Positions 18,255 to 31,264 of a stretch of DNA of 64,000 nt are shown in pieces. Position 1 is the first letter of the stretch, and the number at the start of each line of letters is the position of its first letter. The stretch lies in assembly GCF_055900595.2 (NCBI RefSeq), contig NZ_CM148325.1; one strand, written 5' to 3'. The notes under the pieces were generated by a model. The model had not been told where the DNA came from and ran no database searches. It saw only the letters and a list, made by a program, of their open reading frames with translations. The position numbers were made by a program, and so were the translations under genes.

Positions 18255-18281
18255 GCCCGCCGGAGAGCGGGCATTTTTTTT
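18255..18281 (+). terminator. Intrinsic terminator (repeat family)
   Basis: gcccgccggagagcgggc followed by a T8 run. Confidence 0.5.
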
Positions 18282-18465
18282 GCGCCTGCCATCGAGGCGC
18301 CTTCCCTGGCGCACACAAAGCAGCCCTGATTTTCCATGAAAACTTCAGGGTTGAGCTGCGGGCACAAAGTGAGTAGATTAGCTACGGGTACCTCCCCCTG
18401 ACAACAGGAAGGGTGTCCATTATCCATGATATACAAACGAAAAGTCTTGTTTTTTGCCCGCCGAA

Positions 18466-18491
18466 GCGCGGGCATTTTTTTATGCATCAGA
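18466..18491 (+). terminator. Intrinsic terminator (repeat family), immediately upstream of the hok-like locus
   Basis: gcccgccgaagcgcgggc followed by a T7 run. Confidence 0.5.
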
Positions 18492-18607
18492 CAAGATACA
18501 GCCCACCCCAACTGACACCTGAAATATTGCCGCAACAAAAAGAAACAGTTAAATTACGCGCGGGTGCCTTTCGGCTGATGGCCGGAGGGAAAACCTGAAG
18601 GCCGGAT

Positions 18608-18841
18608 GTGGAAAGGCCCCGGAAAACATTTCTGTTTAACCGAGGCCCTAACCGCATTACCTTGACAAGTGAAAGGTTAGCGCCTCTCCGGAAAAGGAGC
18701 AAGTGCTATGTCGCAAAAATCGCTTACGGCCATCACGTTCTGCGTGACGGCAATCCTCATCATCTGGATATTGCACGGTTCGCTGTGCGAAATACGGATG
18801 AGCTTCTGGGGAGCGGAGTTTGCGGCGTTCTTACAATGTAA
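18608..18841 (+). CDS. mok-like overlapping reading frame of the hok-like locus
   Basis: 77-codon frame starting at GTG 100 nt upstream of the hok-like ATG and covering it in another frame, as in hok/mok/sok modules. Confidence 0.4.
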   Translation: MERPRKTFLFNRGPNRITLTSERLAPLRKRSKCYVAKIAYGHHVLRDGNPHHLDIARFAVRNTDELLGSGVCGVLTM

Positions 18842-18848
18842 GAAGTAA
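18708..18848 (+). CDS. Hok-family type I toxin (46 aa), apparently intact
   Basis: ATG at 18708 preceded by aaggag with 8-nt spacing; MSQKSLTAITFCVTAILIIWILHGSLCEIRMSFWGAEFAAFLQCKK has a single TM helix, the Hok SLCEIR motif and the E(F/V)AAF motif; too short for the ORF track. Confidence 0.6.
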   Translation: MSQKSLTAITFCVTAILIIWILHGSLCEIRMSFWGAEFAAFLQCKK

Positions 18849-18947
18849 GGAAACCGCGACGGGGGAGCAATCCCCCGTCAATCGGTTGCCAGGGTAAGGT
18901 CGATAAGGCACCCTATCTCACAGACATGAACAACAAACCCGCAGCAT

Positions 18948-18979
18948 AAAAACTGCGGGTTTTCTTTTTGGTGTCCTCA
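18948..18979 (+). terminator. Intrinsic terminator downstream of the hok-like gene
   Basis: cccgcag cataaaaa ctgcggg followed by tttctttttgg. Confidence 0.5.
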
Positions 18980-20612
18980 CCGACTTGAAACAGTGATCAG
19001 ACTATAAGACAAAGCCCGCAATGTTGCGGGCTTACTCTACCTCTCGAAAATGTGGTCACTGCGTGGACATACGCTGATACAAATCCTTTATATCAATAAA
19101 TTAAATCTTTGTTTTTTTCATCAACAATGATTTAACCTTATCCTCACCGGAGGAGAAATGCAGTTCAATCTCAATATCGTTTCTGTGGAACAGCCTCATA
19201 AGACAACCTCCTGAATTCATCAGAAACACAGTCAACTGAAAACCAGAAAGCAGACAAACAGTGGACACACATTAATACAAATCATTTATACCTATAGATG
19301 AAATTGCAGTTTCATCTATAACATGACAGGTAACAATATTGTGAAAAAACTCAAAACTCGTTAGATTAAAGACGGACAGAGCAATGCTACTTTATCAATA
19401 ACATGTAACCTGTACTTCCTTATTTTGCCCGCCGAAGCACGGGCATTTTTTTTGCGCCTGCCATCGAGGCGCCTTCCCTGGCGCACACAAAGCAGCCCTG
19501 ATTTTCCATGAAAACTTCAGGGTTGAGCCAAAAGCACAAAGACAGTAGATTAACCACGGGTGCCTTCCACCTGACAACAGGAAGGGTGTCCAGTATCAAT
19601 GACAGACAACTCACATTGCTGTTTTGCCCGCCGGAAAGCGGGCATTTTTTTATTCTTTTGTGGTTATTGGGTCATCAGGAACAACATGCAGATTATGCTT
19701 TGATTTTTTTGGTGTTATTACAGCAGCAACGAGTTTATTAATAAGACACTGACATGCCTGAACATCCCTGACATATCATAATTTCACTTTATTTTTTTAG
19801 CTTGTCCTTTCTGGAGCAGAAATATCTCAACATCGTTTCTGTGGAACAACCTCATTTGCCCCTGAATGTATCATAAATATCAGCATCGGAAAACCAACAG
19901 CAATACAGAAGAAACATGTTAATGCAAATCACTTATACCTATAGATGAAATTACAGTTTTGTTCATAAATATGATAAGTAACTATATTGTGAATAAAATG
20001 AAAACTAGCTAAATTAAACGTGGGCATGGTGGAATGCCTCGTAATCAATAATACATGATCCGTACTTCCTTGTTTTGCCCGCCGGAAAGCGGGCATTTTT
20101 TTGGCGGTTACCATCGCCTCACCTTCCTGGTTCACATGAAGCAACCCTGATTTTCCATGAAAACTTCAGGGTTGAGACAAAAGCACAAAGACAGTAGATT
20201 AACCACGGGTACCTTCCACCTGACAACAGGAAGGCTGTCCAGTATCAATGACAGACAACTCACATTGCTGTTTTGCCCGCCGGAAAGCGGGCTTTTTTTG
20301 GCAGTTATCATAGCCGCACCTTCCTGGCACATATGAAGCAACCCTGATTTTCCATGAAAACTTCAGGGTTGAGACAAAAGCACAAAAACAGTAGATTAAC
20401 CACGGGTGCCTGCCACCTGACAACAGGAAGGGGTGTCCATTATCCATGATATACAAACGAAAAGTCTTGTCTTTTGCCCGCCAAAGCGCGGGCATTTTTT
20501 TATGCATCAGACAAGATACAGCCCACCCCAACTAACACCTGAAATATTGCCGCAACAAAAAGAAACGGGTGCCTTTCGGCTGATGGCCGGAGGGAAAACC
20601 TGAAGACCGGAT

Positions 20613-20795
20613 GTGGAAAGGCCCCGGAAAACATCTGTGTTTAACCGAGGCCTGACCCTTCCTACCGTGACAAGTGGAAGGTTAGCGCCTCTTTGTAAAA
20701 GGAGCAAGCGCTATACCGCAAAAAACGATTATTGTTGGCATTTTATGCCTGACAATAACCCTGGTCATCTGGATGGTCCACGATTCGTTATGTGA
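20613..20795 (+). CDS. mok-like frame of the second (decayed) hok-like locus
   Basis: 60-codon frame from GTG, homologous to 18608..18841. Confidence 0.3.
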   Translation: MERPRKTSVFNRGLTLPTVTSGRLAPLCKRSKRYTAKNDYCWHFMPDNNPGHLDGPRFVM

Positions 20796-20853
20796 ATTCA
20801 GCTTTGATATCTGAGGAGCGCGTTTTGCGGCGTTCTTGCAGTGTAAACCGTAA
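20713..20853 (+). pseudogene. Decayed hok-like toxin gene (start codon lost, in-frame nonsense codon)
   Basis: Alignment to copy 1 by eye: ATG is ATA at 20713-20715 and TGG is TGA at 20812-20814; remaining frame IPQKTIIVGILCLTITLVIWMVHDSLCEFSFDI* still shows the Hok core. Confidence 0.5.
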
Positions 20854-21003
20854 GAAACCGCAGCGGGGGAGAAATTCCCCGCTATCCGGTTGTTGGGGTG
20901 GGCCGATATGGCGCCCTTTCCCTGTAGAGACAAAACAAAAAACCAGATTTGCCCGCCATTGAGAGGGCTTTTTTGTCACCCTCACCAGTGAGGGCATCAT
21001 CAT

Positions 21004-21231
21004 TCAGAGGCGCGTAAGCCACCCGGCGTTAACATCCTGCCTGTCAACCCTGGCCGCAGAGTCTGAACGGCAGGTACCGGAAGGAGTACCAAAAACATCC
21101 CTGACAAGTTCCGCCACCTTCCCGATATCATCAGGTGTCACATTCCTCACCTCGGCCGTGATCCGTGGCGTACCATCATCGTTAACAAGAGTGGCTTTAA
21201 AGCTGGTGCGAAGGGAAAACAACATCAACAT
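21004..21231 (-). CDS. Hypothetical small protein (75 aa) between the repeat array and serS
   Basis: ORF only; not recognised; absent from my recollection of the K-12 serS-dmsA spacer. Confidence 0.25.
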   Translation of the reverse strand: MLMLFSLRTSFKATLVNDDGTPRITAEVRNVTPDDIGKVAELVRDVFGTPSGTCRSDSAARVDRQDVNAGWLTRL

Positions 21232-21386
21232 CCCCTCCCTTTGGTTCGTTGCACTGACGGCACGACACCATCAGGAAAAAGAAAAGCCCACAACGTCAGT
21301 ATTGTGGACTTTTTTCTTCAAAGATGGACATTATCTGGACACATGAAAATAAAATCCATTTATTTTCATATAGTTAAGTACCATGC

Positions 21387-21410
21387 AAAAGCGCCCGCAG
21401 GCGCTTTTTA
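21387..21410 (-). terminator. serS terminator (bidirectional-looking hairpin)
   Basis: aaaagcgcc cgca ggcgctttt immediately 3' of the serS stop. Confidence 0.55.
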
Positions 21411-21429
21411 GATTCAGAAAAATTGGGTA

Positions 21430-22743
<1,314 letters not shown>

Positions 22744-22812
22744 TTAAATGGGAGATGTGGCCACAGCCTGCGACCACAGGGATACAGTAACAACATTACC
22801 GCAACGATAACA

Positions 22813-24156
22813 TTAACGGTAGCGTTTTATGGGGCTATTTTGATCCTGTTCAGCCAGCCAGGCGAGCTTTTCGCCAATCTTGCCTTCAAGGCCCCTGTTT
22901 GTCGGGAAATAATAGCGTGTTTGTGCTATTTCCGGCGGGAAGTAAACCTCACCGGCAGCATAAGCGTTTGCTTCATCATGAGCATAACGATATTCCTGAC
23001 CGTAGCCCATTTCCTTCATTAATTTCGTCGGCGCATTACGCAAATGAACCGGCACGTCATAATCCGGACGTTCGCGAGCATCGGCCAGCGCGGCTTTAAA
23101 TGCGGTATAGACAGCGTTACTTTTTGGCGCGCAGGCCAGGTAAACAATCGCCTGAGCAATGGCACGTTCACCTTCAGCCGGACCAACGCGAGTAAAGCAA
23201 TCCCAGGCCGCAATTGCCACCTGCATCGCCCGTGGGTCAGCATTACCCACATCTTCAGACGCAATCGCCAGGCAGCGACGCGCGACATATAACGGATCTC
23301 CACCGGCGGTAATAATTCGCGCATACCAGTACAGCGCCGCATCGGGTGCGCTCCCACGCACCGATTTATGCAGTGCAGAGATCAGATCGTAAAAGCGATC
23401 GCCTTTGTTATCAAAGCGGGCGCTACGCTCACCGGCGATTTCGGTCAGTAATTCAGGCTTCAGGACTCGCTTACCGCTATCATCGACTTCAGCCATATCC
23501 GCCATCATTTCCAGCGTATTTAACGCGCGGCGCGCGTCGCCATTCACCAATTCAGCGATGGCGCGTCTTGTTTCACCCGGCAGAACGATATCCTGACCAC
23601 CATAACCGCGGGTTTTGTCTTCCATCGCCTGAGTCAGTACCTGTTCGATATCCTCTGTACTCAGGGATTTCAACAGGTAGACACGGGCACGGGAAAGCAG
23701 TGCCGAATTAAGCTCAAATGACGGGTTTTCAGTGGTTGCACCAATAAAAGTGATGGTGCCGTCTTCGATATGTGGCAGAAATGCATCCTGCTGACTTTTG
23801 TTGAAACGGTGAACTTCGTCAACAAAAAGAATAGTGCGGCGACCAGCATTGCGGTTTTGCCGAGCGCGCTCGATCGCCTCGCGAATCTCTTTCACGCCAG
23901 AGGTGACGGCAGAAATACGTTCCACATCAGCGTTCGCATAACGGGCTATAACTTCAGCGAGGGTTGTTTTGCCGGTACCCGGTGGCCCCCAGAGGATCAT
24001 AGAATGCAAATGCCCAGCTTCGATAGCGCGCGGCAATGGCTTCCCGGCAGCCAGCAAATGTTGCTGGCCGATATACTGTGCTAAATTTTCTGGCCGCATA
24101 CGCGCGGCCAGAGGTTGAAAAGTATTATCCGAAAAATCGAGCGACAGATTGCTCAC
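22813..24156 (-). CDS. rarA: Replication-associated recombination protein A (AAA+ ATPase)
   Basis: 447 aa; Walker [10 protein letters not shown]; conserved position between lolA and serS. Confidence 0.93.
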   Translation of the reverse strand: MSNLSLDFSDNTFQPLAARMRPENLAQYIGQQHLLAAGKPLPRAIEAGHLHSMILWGPPGTGKTTLAEVIARYANADVERISAVTSGVKEIREAIERARQNRNAGRRTILFVDEVHRFNKSQQDAFLPHIEDGTITFIGATTENPSFELNSALLSRARVYLLKSLSTEDIEQVLTQAMEDKTRGYGGQDIVLPGETRRAIAELVNGDARRALNTLEMMADMAEVDDSGKRVLKPELLTEIAGERSARFDNKGDRFYDLISALHKSVRGSAPDAALYWYARIITAGGDPLYVARRCLAIASEDVGNADPRAMQVAIAAWDCFTRVGPAEGERAIAQAIVYLACAPKSNAVYTAFKAALADARERPDYDVPVHLRNAPTKLMKEMGYGQEYRYAHDEANAYAAGEVYFPPEIAQTRYYFPTNRGLEGKIGEKLAWLAEQDQNSPIKRYR

Positions 24157-24166
24157 TCAGGTGCCT

Positions 24167-24781
24167 CTACTTACGTTGATCATCTACCGTGACGCCTTGC
24201 GGCGGGGTGAAGGTAAATTTCGCTGCATCCACAGCCCCATTTTGCTGGGATTTCAGCTGATAACTGCTGCGCTGATCGTCCTGCTCCACCGCGCTAAACT
24301 GATGGATTGTGCCATCACGCCCTACGTTAATGGTGAACTGCTTCAAATTGCCATTGCTGGCTTTCGGCGTCAGGACAAAGTCATCGCCATTCTGTTTGAT
24401 ATTGTACTGCTGCCAGTCGCTGGACTGGTTGCGGGCAATCAGCATAAACGGCGTATTACCGGTGGCATCTTTCAGCCAGGTTGCCGTAGCTTGCTCAACG
24501 AACGGGTTATAGAACCACAGTGTTTTACCGTCAGAAACCAGAATGCTTTCGTCAGGTTGAGTCATATGCCAGTTGAATAAGTTTGGACGTTTCACCCACA
24601 GATCGCCCTGACCTTCCTGCACCGCAGCGCCGCTACCGTCAGTCACTTTTTGTGTGAAACTGGCGTGGAAGCTGCTGACTTTATCCAGACGGCTTTTCAG
24701 ATCGCTTGCGGCATCAGCCCAAACACTGGACGCCACTAAACTTGAGAGTAATGCACAGGTGATGGCAATTTTTTTCATCAT
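24167..24781 (-). CDS. lolA: Outer-membrane lipoprotein carrier protein
   Basis: 204 aa with N-terminal signal peptide; conserved position downstream of ftsK. Confidence 0.93.
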
Positions 24782-24936
24782 TGTTCCTCAAATTACGTCA
24801 CTCCCGATCGGGAGTTCCCTCTACTCTCTATTCCAGGCTAATAATCAGCTTGAGGAAAGAAGAAAATACTGAATTTTCAGTTGATAGAGTGCCGGATGCA
24901 ACGCTACCTCGCCTTATCCGGCCTACGATGCATTAA

Positions 24937-27900
24937 TTAGTCAAACGGCGGTGGGGCCAGCACTTCACGATTACCGTTGTGCCCCTGTTCGCTGACAATC
25001 CCTTGCGCTTCCATCTGTTCGATAATACGCGCTGCACGGTTATAACCAATGCGGAACTGACGCTGTACGCCTGAAATTGACGCTTTGCGTTTTTCAATGA
25101 CAAACTGCACCGCCTGATCGAACAACGGATCCAATTCTTCAGCGCCATCGAAACCACCCGCACCACCTTCGCTTTCGCTGTCGGAGGTGATGCCGTCAAC
25201 ATACTGTGGGCGACCACGCGCTTTCCAGTCCTGCACCACGGCATGAACTTCCTGATCGCGAACAAAAGCACCATGAACACGTACCGGCAACGTGGAGTTC
25301 GGCCCAGAGTAAAGCATATCCCCCATACCCAGCAGTGATTCCGCGCCAGCCTGATCAAGAATGGTACGGGAGTCAATCTTGCTGGAAACGGTAAAGGCAA
25401 TACGGGTCGGAATATTCGCTTTAATCAGACCAGTAATAACATCAACCGATGGACGCTGCGTTGCCAGTACGAGGTGGATACCTGCAGCACGGGCTTTTTG
25501 CGCCAGACGTGCTATCAGCTCTTCCACTTTTTTACCTACCGTCATCATCAGGTCGGCAAATTCGTCCACCAACACCACAATGTACGGTTCTTTTTTCAGC
25601 ACCGGATGCTGGGCATCCATACTGTCACCCGGCTTCCAGTACGGGTCTGGAATCGGACGCATCATGCGATCGGCTTCAGCAATTTTTTCGTTATAACCCG
25701 CCAGATTACGCACACCCAGTGCAGACATCAGTTTATAACGACGCTCCATCTCGTTAACACACCAGCGCAGCGCGTTGGCGGCATCTTTCATATCGGTAAC
25801 AACTTCCGTTAACAGGTGCGGAATGCCTTCATAAACCGAAAGCTCCAGCATTTTCGGGTCGATCATGATGAAACGCACATCTTCTGGCTGTGCTTTATAA
25901 AGCATGCTCAGGATCATCGCGTTCACACCGACAGATTTACCGGAACCGGTAGTCCCCGCAACCAACAAGTGCGGCATCTTCGCCAGATCGGCAACCACCG
26001 GCTCACCGGCGATATCTTTACCCAGCACCACGGTTAATGGCGACGGATTATCGCGGAATTTGGCGTTATCCAAAACTTCGCGCAGATAAACGGTTTGTCG
26101 TTTTTTATTCGGTAACTCCAGACCTACATAAGGTTTGCCAGGAATAACTTCAACGACACGCACCGCGACCGTCGAAAGTGAACGGGCAAGGTCACGAGAC
26201 AAGTTAGAAATGCGCGCCGCTTTTACGCCCGGTGCCAGATTCAATTCAAAGCGAGTGATAACCGGTCCCGGAGAGTAATTGACGACATCGGCTTTAATAC
26301 GGAAATCAGCCAGACGCGCTTCCACCAGACGCGCCATTTGTTCAAGCGCAAAGGTATCTACCGGTTCCACTTCGCTCGGTGGCGGTGTCAGCAAATCCAG
26401 AGAAGGCAGCGGCGTCGTCGGTTTATGCAACGGACGGCTGTCGCCATTACGCATCAACAGCGGATGAAGCAGGGTATCCTGCGGCTGCGGCGCAACCGGT
26501 TGTTGTGGCTGCTGATACTGCGGCTGCGGCGCAACTGGCTGTTGCGGCTGCTGATATTGCTGCTGTGGTGCAACCGGCTGTTGCGGCTGCTGATATTGCT
26601 GCTGCGGTGCAACCGGTTGTTGTGGCTGCTGATATTGCTGCTGCGGCGCTACCGGTTGTTGTGGCTGCTGGTATTGCTGCTGCGGCGCTATCGGTTGTTG
26701 CGGCTGCTGATACTGCGCCTGTGGCACTACCGGTTGTTGCGGCTGCTGTACAGGTTCAACAATTGGCGTAAACAGCGGTTCGTGTGGCCCATCATCCAGC
26801 AAAGCTTTCATTGGCGAAAATTCGAAATCATCCAGCGAGAACGGATTCGCCCCAGCCGGTTGTTCGCCCGAATAACGTTGCTGTTGAGTTTGAGCAAACT
26901 GACGAGCCAGTTCTGCCTCTGCTGCAGCATCTGTATCTTCTGCGTTGACTGGCACATCATGTTGATACTGTTCGCCATAGCGTTGCTGCTGCGTCTGGGC
27001 GAACTGACGCGCCAGTTCATCCTGCTGCATCGCATCGATTTCATCATCGTTATACTGATCGCCGGAATCGTACTGATTGCGCTGGGCTTCACGGGCTTTT
27101 TCTTCTGCTGCACGCTGTGAGGGCAGCTTAATGCCATATGACGCCAGTTCACGACGAGTTGGCACCCGGATACGTTTCGGTCGTGGCAACTGCGGGCCAA
27201 TCCCCTCTTTAACCTGCGGACGCGGTCCACCGCTATTTGCCAGACTGAAGACTGGTGCGGCAACGGTTGCGGCAGCCCCCGTCGCCAATGTCGCTTTTTT
27301 CACGCCAGATGCCAGCGGAGAAACAGCGGCAGCGGCTTCTACTGGAGGTACTGCTGTAACAGAAGGTGCTTTCAGCGATGATTTAATCGGTTCTGGTTCT
27401 TTAACCGGTTCAGGAATCGGTTGATACCAGGCCGCAAGTTGTTCACGTTCACGGGCACGCTTCTCTTCCACTTCTTCAAAATAGTAAAGCGGCGGACGTG
27501 CGGGTTTTGTCTCTTCTACAACGGGTTCAGGCTCCGCAACAGGCTGCTGTTCAACGGATTGCGGCTGTTGGTATAACGGTTCTTGAGCGGCTGGCTGCTG
27601 ATAAGTTTGCTCCGTCTGGTATGTAGACTGTGGAGCAAAAGTGGATTGCTGCTCTTCGGCTTGCCAGGCGTTACCTGCCACCGGTTGTTCTGGCGCAGGG
27701 GCGTAATACGGCTGTTGCGCAGACTGTTCCGGCGCAGGAGCGTAGTAAGGTTGTTGCACAGGCTGTTCAGCTGCAGGCGCATAATACGGCTGCTGTGGCT
27801 GTACAGGTTGTTGCAGCGGCTCATTATATTGCACTGCAGGCTGCGCATATTGTGGCTGCTGAGGGTAACCTTCCGGTGCAGGAGCAATAACCGGCTCTCC

Positions 27901-29004
27901 CGTTTGTGGCCCCGGTACAGGCTGCCAGGCTACTGTAGGTTGCGCAGGTGGAACATCAACAGAGGCAACTGGCGGCGTCTGAGTCACAGGTTCAACCGGT
28001 GCAGCCCAGCTTTGTGTCGCCGTGGTAGCAGCAGCTGCTACAGCAACAGGTTCGGTAATTGGCGCACCGTTTAATAATGGATCGTATTCGTCATATTCTG
28101 GCTGCGTTGCACGATTGCCCGAAAAGAGGACGTCGTCAGGGTCGGCAGCCACACCGCGTGCAGTGTAGGTAATCTCTTCTTCATCATCCATCCGCTTACC
28201 GGAGAACAACGCAGCATCTGTTTGCCGCCCCATCGGATTAATGAATTTTTCCGCCAGACGTTTACGACGTGCTAGCGCGCCGCGAAGAATACGGGCACGG
28301 CGCGATTCATGCTGTTTGCCGCGATTTTCATCTTCATATTCTTCGTCGTCTTCATACTCATCTTCATCGACCCAGGTATCATCGCGACGGGTACGATTAC
28401 TGGCGAAGGTGAGAATGTTTAAAATCCAGCCGCCGAGTTTTTCAGCAATGGTCACCCATGACCAACCGGTGAACAGCGTCAGGCCCGCTGCCCAAACGCA
28501 GAGCAGCGCAATAGTTCCCCCGCTACTGTGTAGCAGTGGTTGTAGCGTAGTGCTTAGTAAGCTGCCGATGACGCCACCAGAGGCAAAATACCAGATATCG
28601 TCAGCGTTGATTGCCGCCAGACCACAAGAGGTAAGGATGAGCGCCAAAACGCCAATGATGCGTAGCGAAACGGCAAAATAATCAATGTATTCGTCACTGG
28701 ACTGATGACGCCAGGCAAACCAACAGCCGCCGACGATAATGACGGGAATGGTGTAAGCCATCACGCCAAAAATAAAGAACAGCGTATCTGCCAGCCACGC
28801 ACCGGGCATTCCACCTAAATTATGGATAGGCTCATGCCAGGCCGTTTGCGACCAGCTGGGGTCCGAAGGGTTAAAGCTTAGTAAGGCAGCCATCAACCAG
28901 ACGGCAAACAGGACAATAAGGATCAGCAACGCCTCCAGAAGGCGGCGGCCGCTACTTAACTTTGTCAATGTGACTTCTTTGTCTTCAGTGTATTCCTGGC
29001 TCAA
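24937..29004 (-). CDS. ftsK: DNA translocase FtsK (N-terminal membrane domain, Pro/Gln-rich linker, C-terminal motor and gamma domain)
   Basis: 1355 aa; Walker A GTTGSGKS; long [13 protein letters not shown] linker repeats. Confidence 0.95.
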   Translation of the reverse strand: MSQEYTEDKEVTLTKLSSGRRLLEALLILIVLFAVWLMAALLSFNPSDPSWSQTAWHEPIHNLGGMPGAWLADTLFFIFGVMAYTIPVIIVGGCWFAWRHQSSDEYIDYFAVSLRIIGVLALILTSCGLAAINADDIWYFASGGVIGSLLSTTLQPLLHSSGGTIALLCVWAAGLTLFTGWSWVTIAEKLGGWILNILTFASNRTRRDDTWVDEDEYEDDEEYEDENRGKQHESRRARILRGALARRKRLAEKFINPMGRQTDAALFSGKRMDDEEEITYTARGVAADPDDVLFSGNRATQPEYDEYDPLLNGAPITEPVAVAAAATTATQSWAAPVEPVTQTPPVASVDVPPAQPTVAWQPVPGPQTGEPVIAPAPEGYPQQPQYAQPAVQYNEPLQQPVQPQQPYYAPAAEQPVQQPYYAPAPEQSAQQPYYAPAPEQPVAGNAWQAEEQQSTFAPQSTYQTEQTYQQPAAQEPLYQQPQSVEQQPVAEPEPVVEETKPARPPLYYFEEVEEKRAREREQLAAWYQPIPEPVKEPEPIKSSLKAPSVTAVPPVEAAAAVSPLASGVKKATLATGAAATVAAPVFSLANSGGPRPQVKEGIGPQLPRPKRIRVPTRRELASYGIKLPSQRAAEEKAREAQRNQYDSGDQYNDDEIDAMQQDELARQFAQTQQQRYGEQYQHDVPVNAEDTDAAAEAELARQFAQTQQQRYSGEQPAGANPFSLDDFEFSPMKALLDDGPHEPLFTPIVEPVQQPQQPVVPQAQYQQPQQPIAPQQQYQQPQQPVAPQQQYQQPQQPVAPQQQYQQPQQPVAPQQQYQQPQQPVAPQPQYQQPQQPVAPQPQDTLLHPLLMRNGDSRPLHKPTTPLPSLDLLTPPPSEVEPVDTFALEQMARLVEARLADFRIKADVVNYSPGPVITRFELNLAPGVKAARISNLSRDLARSLSTVAVRVVEVIPGKPYVGLELPNKKRQTVYLREVLDNAKFRDNPSPLTVVLGKDIAGEPVVADLAKMPHLLVAGTTGSGKSVGVNAMILSMLYKAQPEDVRFIMIDPKMLELSVYEGIPHLLTEVVTDMKDAANALRWCVNEMERRYKLMSALGVRNLAGYNEKIAEADRMMRPIPDPYWKPGDSMDAQHPVLKKEPYIVVLVDEFADLMMTVGKKVEELIARLAQKARAAGIHLVLATQRPSVDVITGLIKANIPTRIAFTVSSKIDSRTILDQAGAESLLGMGDMLYSGPNSTLPVRVHGAFVRDQEVHAVVQDWKARGRPQYVDGITSDSESEGGAGGFDGAEELDPLFDQAVQFVIEKRKASISGVQRQFRIGYNRAARIIEQMEAQGIVSEQGHNGNREVLAPPPFD
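26455..26760. repeat. Tandem nucleotide repeats encoding the FtsK PQ-rich linker
   Basis: Units such as ccggttgttgtggctgctgatattgctgctgcggcgc recur about 8 times. Confidence 0.6.
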
Positions 29005-29082
29005 GAAAGGCTCTCCAGGTTACAGGCTTTTCCTGCCCGATGCTAAAACGGACAACAGTACCAGGTTACCCCAGTACTGTTG

Positions 29083-29098
29083 CTGTATGGATTAACAG
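29083..29098. promoter_or_regulatory. Candidate LexA (SOS) box upstream of ftsK
   Basis: ctgtatggattaacag fits CTG-N10-CAG about 80 bp upstream of the ftsK start; ftsK is known to have an SOS-inducible promoter (dinH). Confidence 0.4.
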
Positions 29099-29137
29099 GA
29101 GTGTAATCAAAATACGCCGATTTTGCACCTGTTCGTG

Positions 29138-29632
29138 TTAGCGCGTCTTAATAACCAGACGATTACTCTGCTTGACTTCTTCCATAACAACGTATGTCCG
29201 TGTGTCATTGACGCCAGGCAGACGCAGCAGGGTTTCCCCCAACAACTTACGGTAAGCTGACATATCCGGCACGCGTGTTTTCAACAGGTAGTCGAAATCA
29301 CCGGATACTAAATGACACTCCTGAATTTCTTCAAGTTTTTGTACAGCGGTATTGAATTGTTCAAACACATCCGGTGCGCCACGATTCAGAGTAATCTCAA
29401 CGAATACCAGAAGTGATGCATCCAGATAATGGGGGTTCAGCAGCGCTGTATAGCCCTGAATAAACCCTTGTCTTTCCAGCCGACGCACACGCTCAAGGCA
29501 CGGCGTTGGGGAAAGTCCCACACGTTTAGAAAGCTCGACGTTAGAAATACGCCCATCCTTTTGCAACTCATTAAGAATGTTACGATCGATACGGTCGAGA
29601 TCTTTGCCAGGGCGCTTCTTGCTATCTACCAT
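29138..29632 (-). CDS. lrp: Leucine-responsive regulatory protein
   Basis: Internal ATG at 29632 gives the 164-aa protein MVDSKKRPGKDLDRIDRNILNELQKDGRISNVELSKRVGLSPTPCLERVRRLERQG...; the 18-codon upstream extension in the track is rejected. Confidence 0.95.
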   Translation of the reverse strand: MVDSKKRPGKDLDRIDRNILNELQKDGRISNVELSKRVGLSPTPCLERVRRLERQGFIQGYTALLNPHYLDASLLVFVEITLNRGAPDVFEQFNTAVQKLEEIQECHLVSGDFDYLLKTRVPDMSAYRKLLGETLLRLPGVNDTRTYVVMEEVKQSNRLVIKTR

Positions 29633-30059
29633 TATTATTGTCTCTCTGTATTCCTTCCCTACTCCTGTCTGACCCTGAAACATCACTGTTCAGAGTCGCT
29701 ACCCGTCACGATAGACCGAAATCATTAAGATTCACGGCGCGCAATGCCTGGTCTACGGTGAGAAGACCGTTGCCTGGTGGCAGCTATCGACATCACGAAT
29801 GGCGTCTGTCCACGCCATACGTAGATTTCACTAGCACGGTAAACATGGTATTTACATGCATGGTTATGCGCATATAAGAATACTGTTTTTTTTCTTCCTC
29901 GAATGTTTTCGCAAAACACCAGGGGATTGTCAAAGCAAAACATCGATTTTTAGTACAACATGCCAGATATTCATTAACAGGGGCGTTTATTCATCATTTA
30001 ATCGGCTTATAACGCGGGAAATTTAAGTAGCAGAGGTGATAATGCCGGAGGGAGTTTGA

Positions 30060-31142
<1,083 letters not shown>

Positions 31143-31170
31143 TTTTACAAATCAGTAACAAAAGTAAAGA

Positions 31171-31208
31171 AGGCGACACCATGCGACTATGGGTCGCCTT
31201 TATTTTTT
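31171..31208 (+). terminator. trxB intrinsic terminator
   Basis: aggcgac...gtcgcct hairpin followed by tttatttttt. Confidence 0.55.
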
Positions 31209-31264
31209 CCCCGTTGTAACATTGCTCTGCAAATAATTCTGATAACTCACCTGCTAAGCGTGCA

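Larger units (their letters stand above)
17700..21000. repeat. Repeat-rich array between the prophage end and serS: about 190-bp units (x4) and about 450-bp units (x3), each capped by a hairpin plus T-run
   Basis: Recurrent blocks by eye: gcagccctgattttccatgaaaacttcagggttgag; agtagattaac; ttgttttgcccgccggaaagcgggcattttttt (at least 8 times); ttaaccttatcctcaccggaggagaaatgcagttcaatctcaatatcgtttct (x2 plus a degenerate copy). Confidence 0.7.

Noticed and set aside
18245-18538. 97-aa minus-strand ORF, and similar ORFs at 19420..19614, 20132..20341 and 20199..20531
   Set aside because: Each reads straight through the terminator hairpins (translating them as KKMPALRRAK), so they are artefacts of the repeat array.
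17700-21000. Possible CRISPR array, given many regularly recurring short GC-rich palindromes
   Set aside because: The recurring element is a hairpin plus T-run (terminator-like), the repeated units are 190-450 bp rather than 28-37 bp, spacing is irregular, and no cas genes are nearby.
26338-28074. Long plus-strand ORFs (up to 260 aa) rich in Leu/Arg or Ala/Val repeats
   Set aside because: Antisense to the repetitive ftsK linker region; repeat-driven artefacts.
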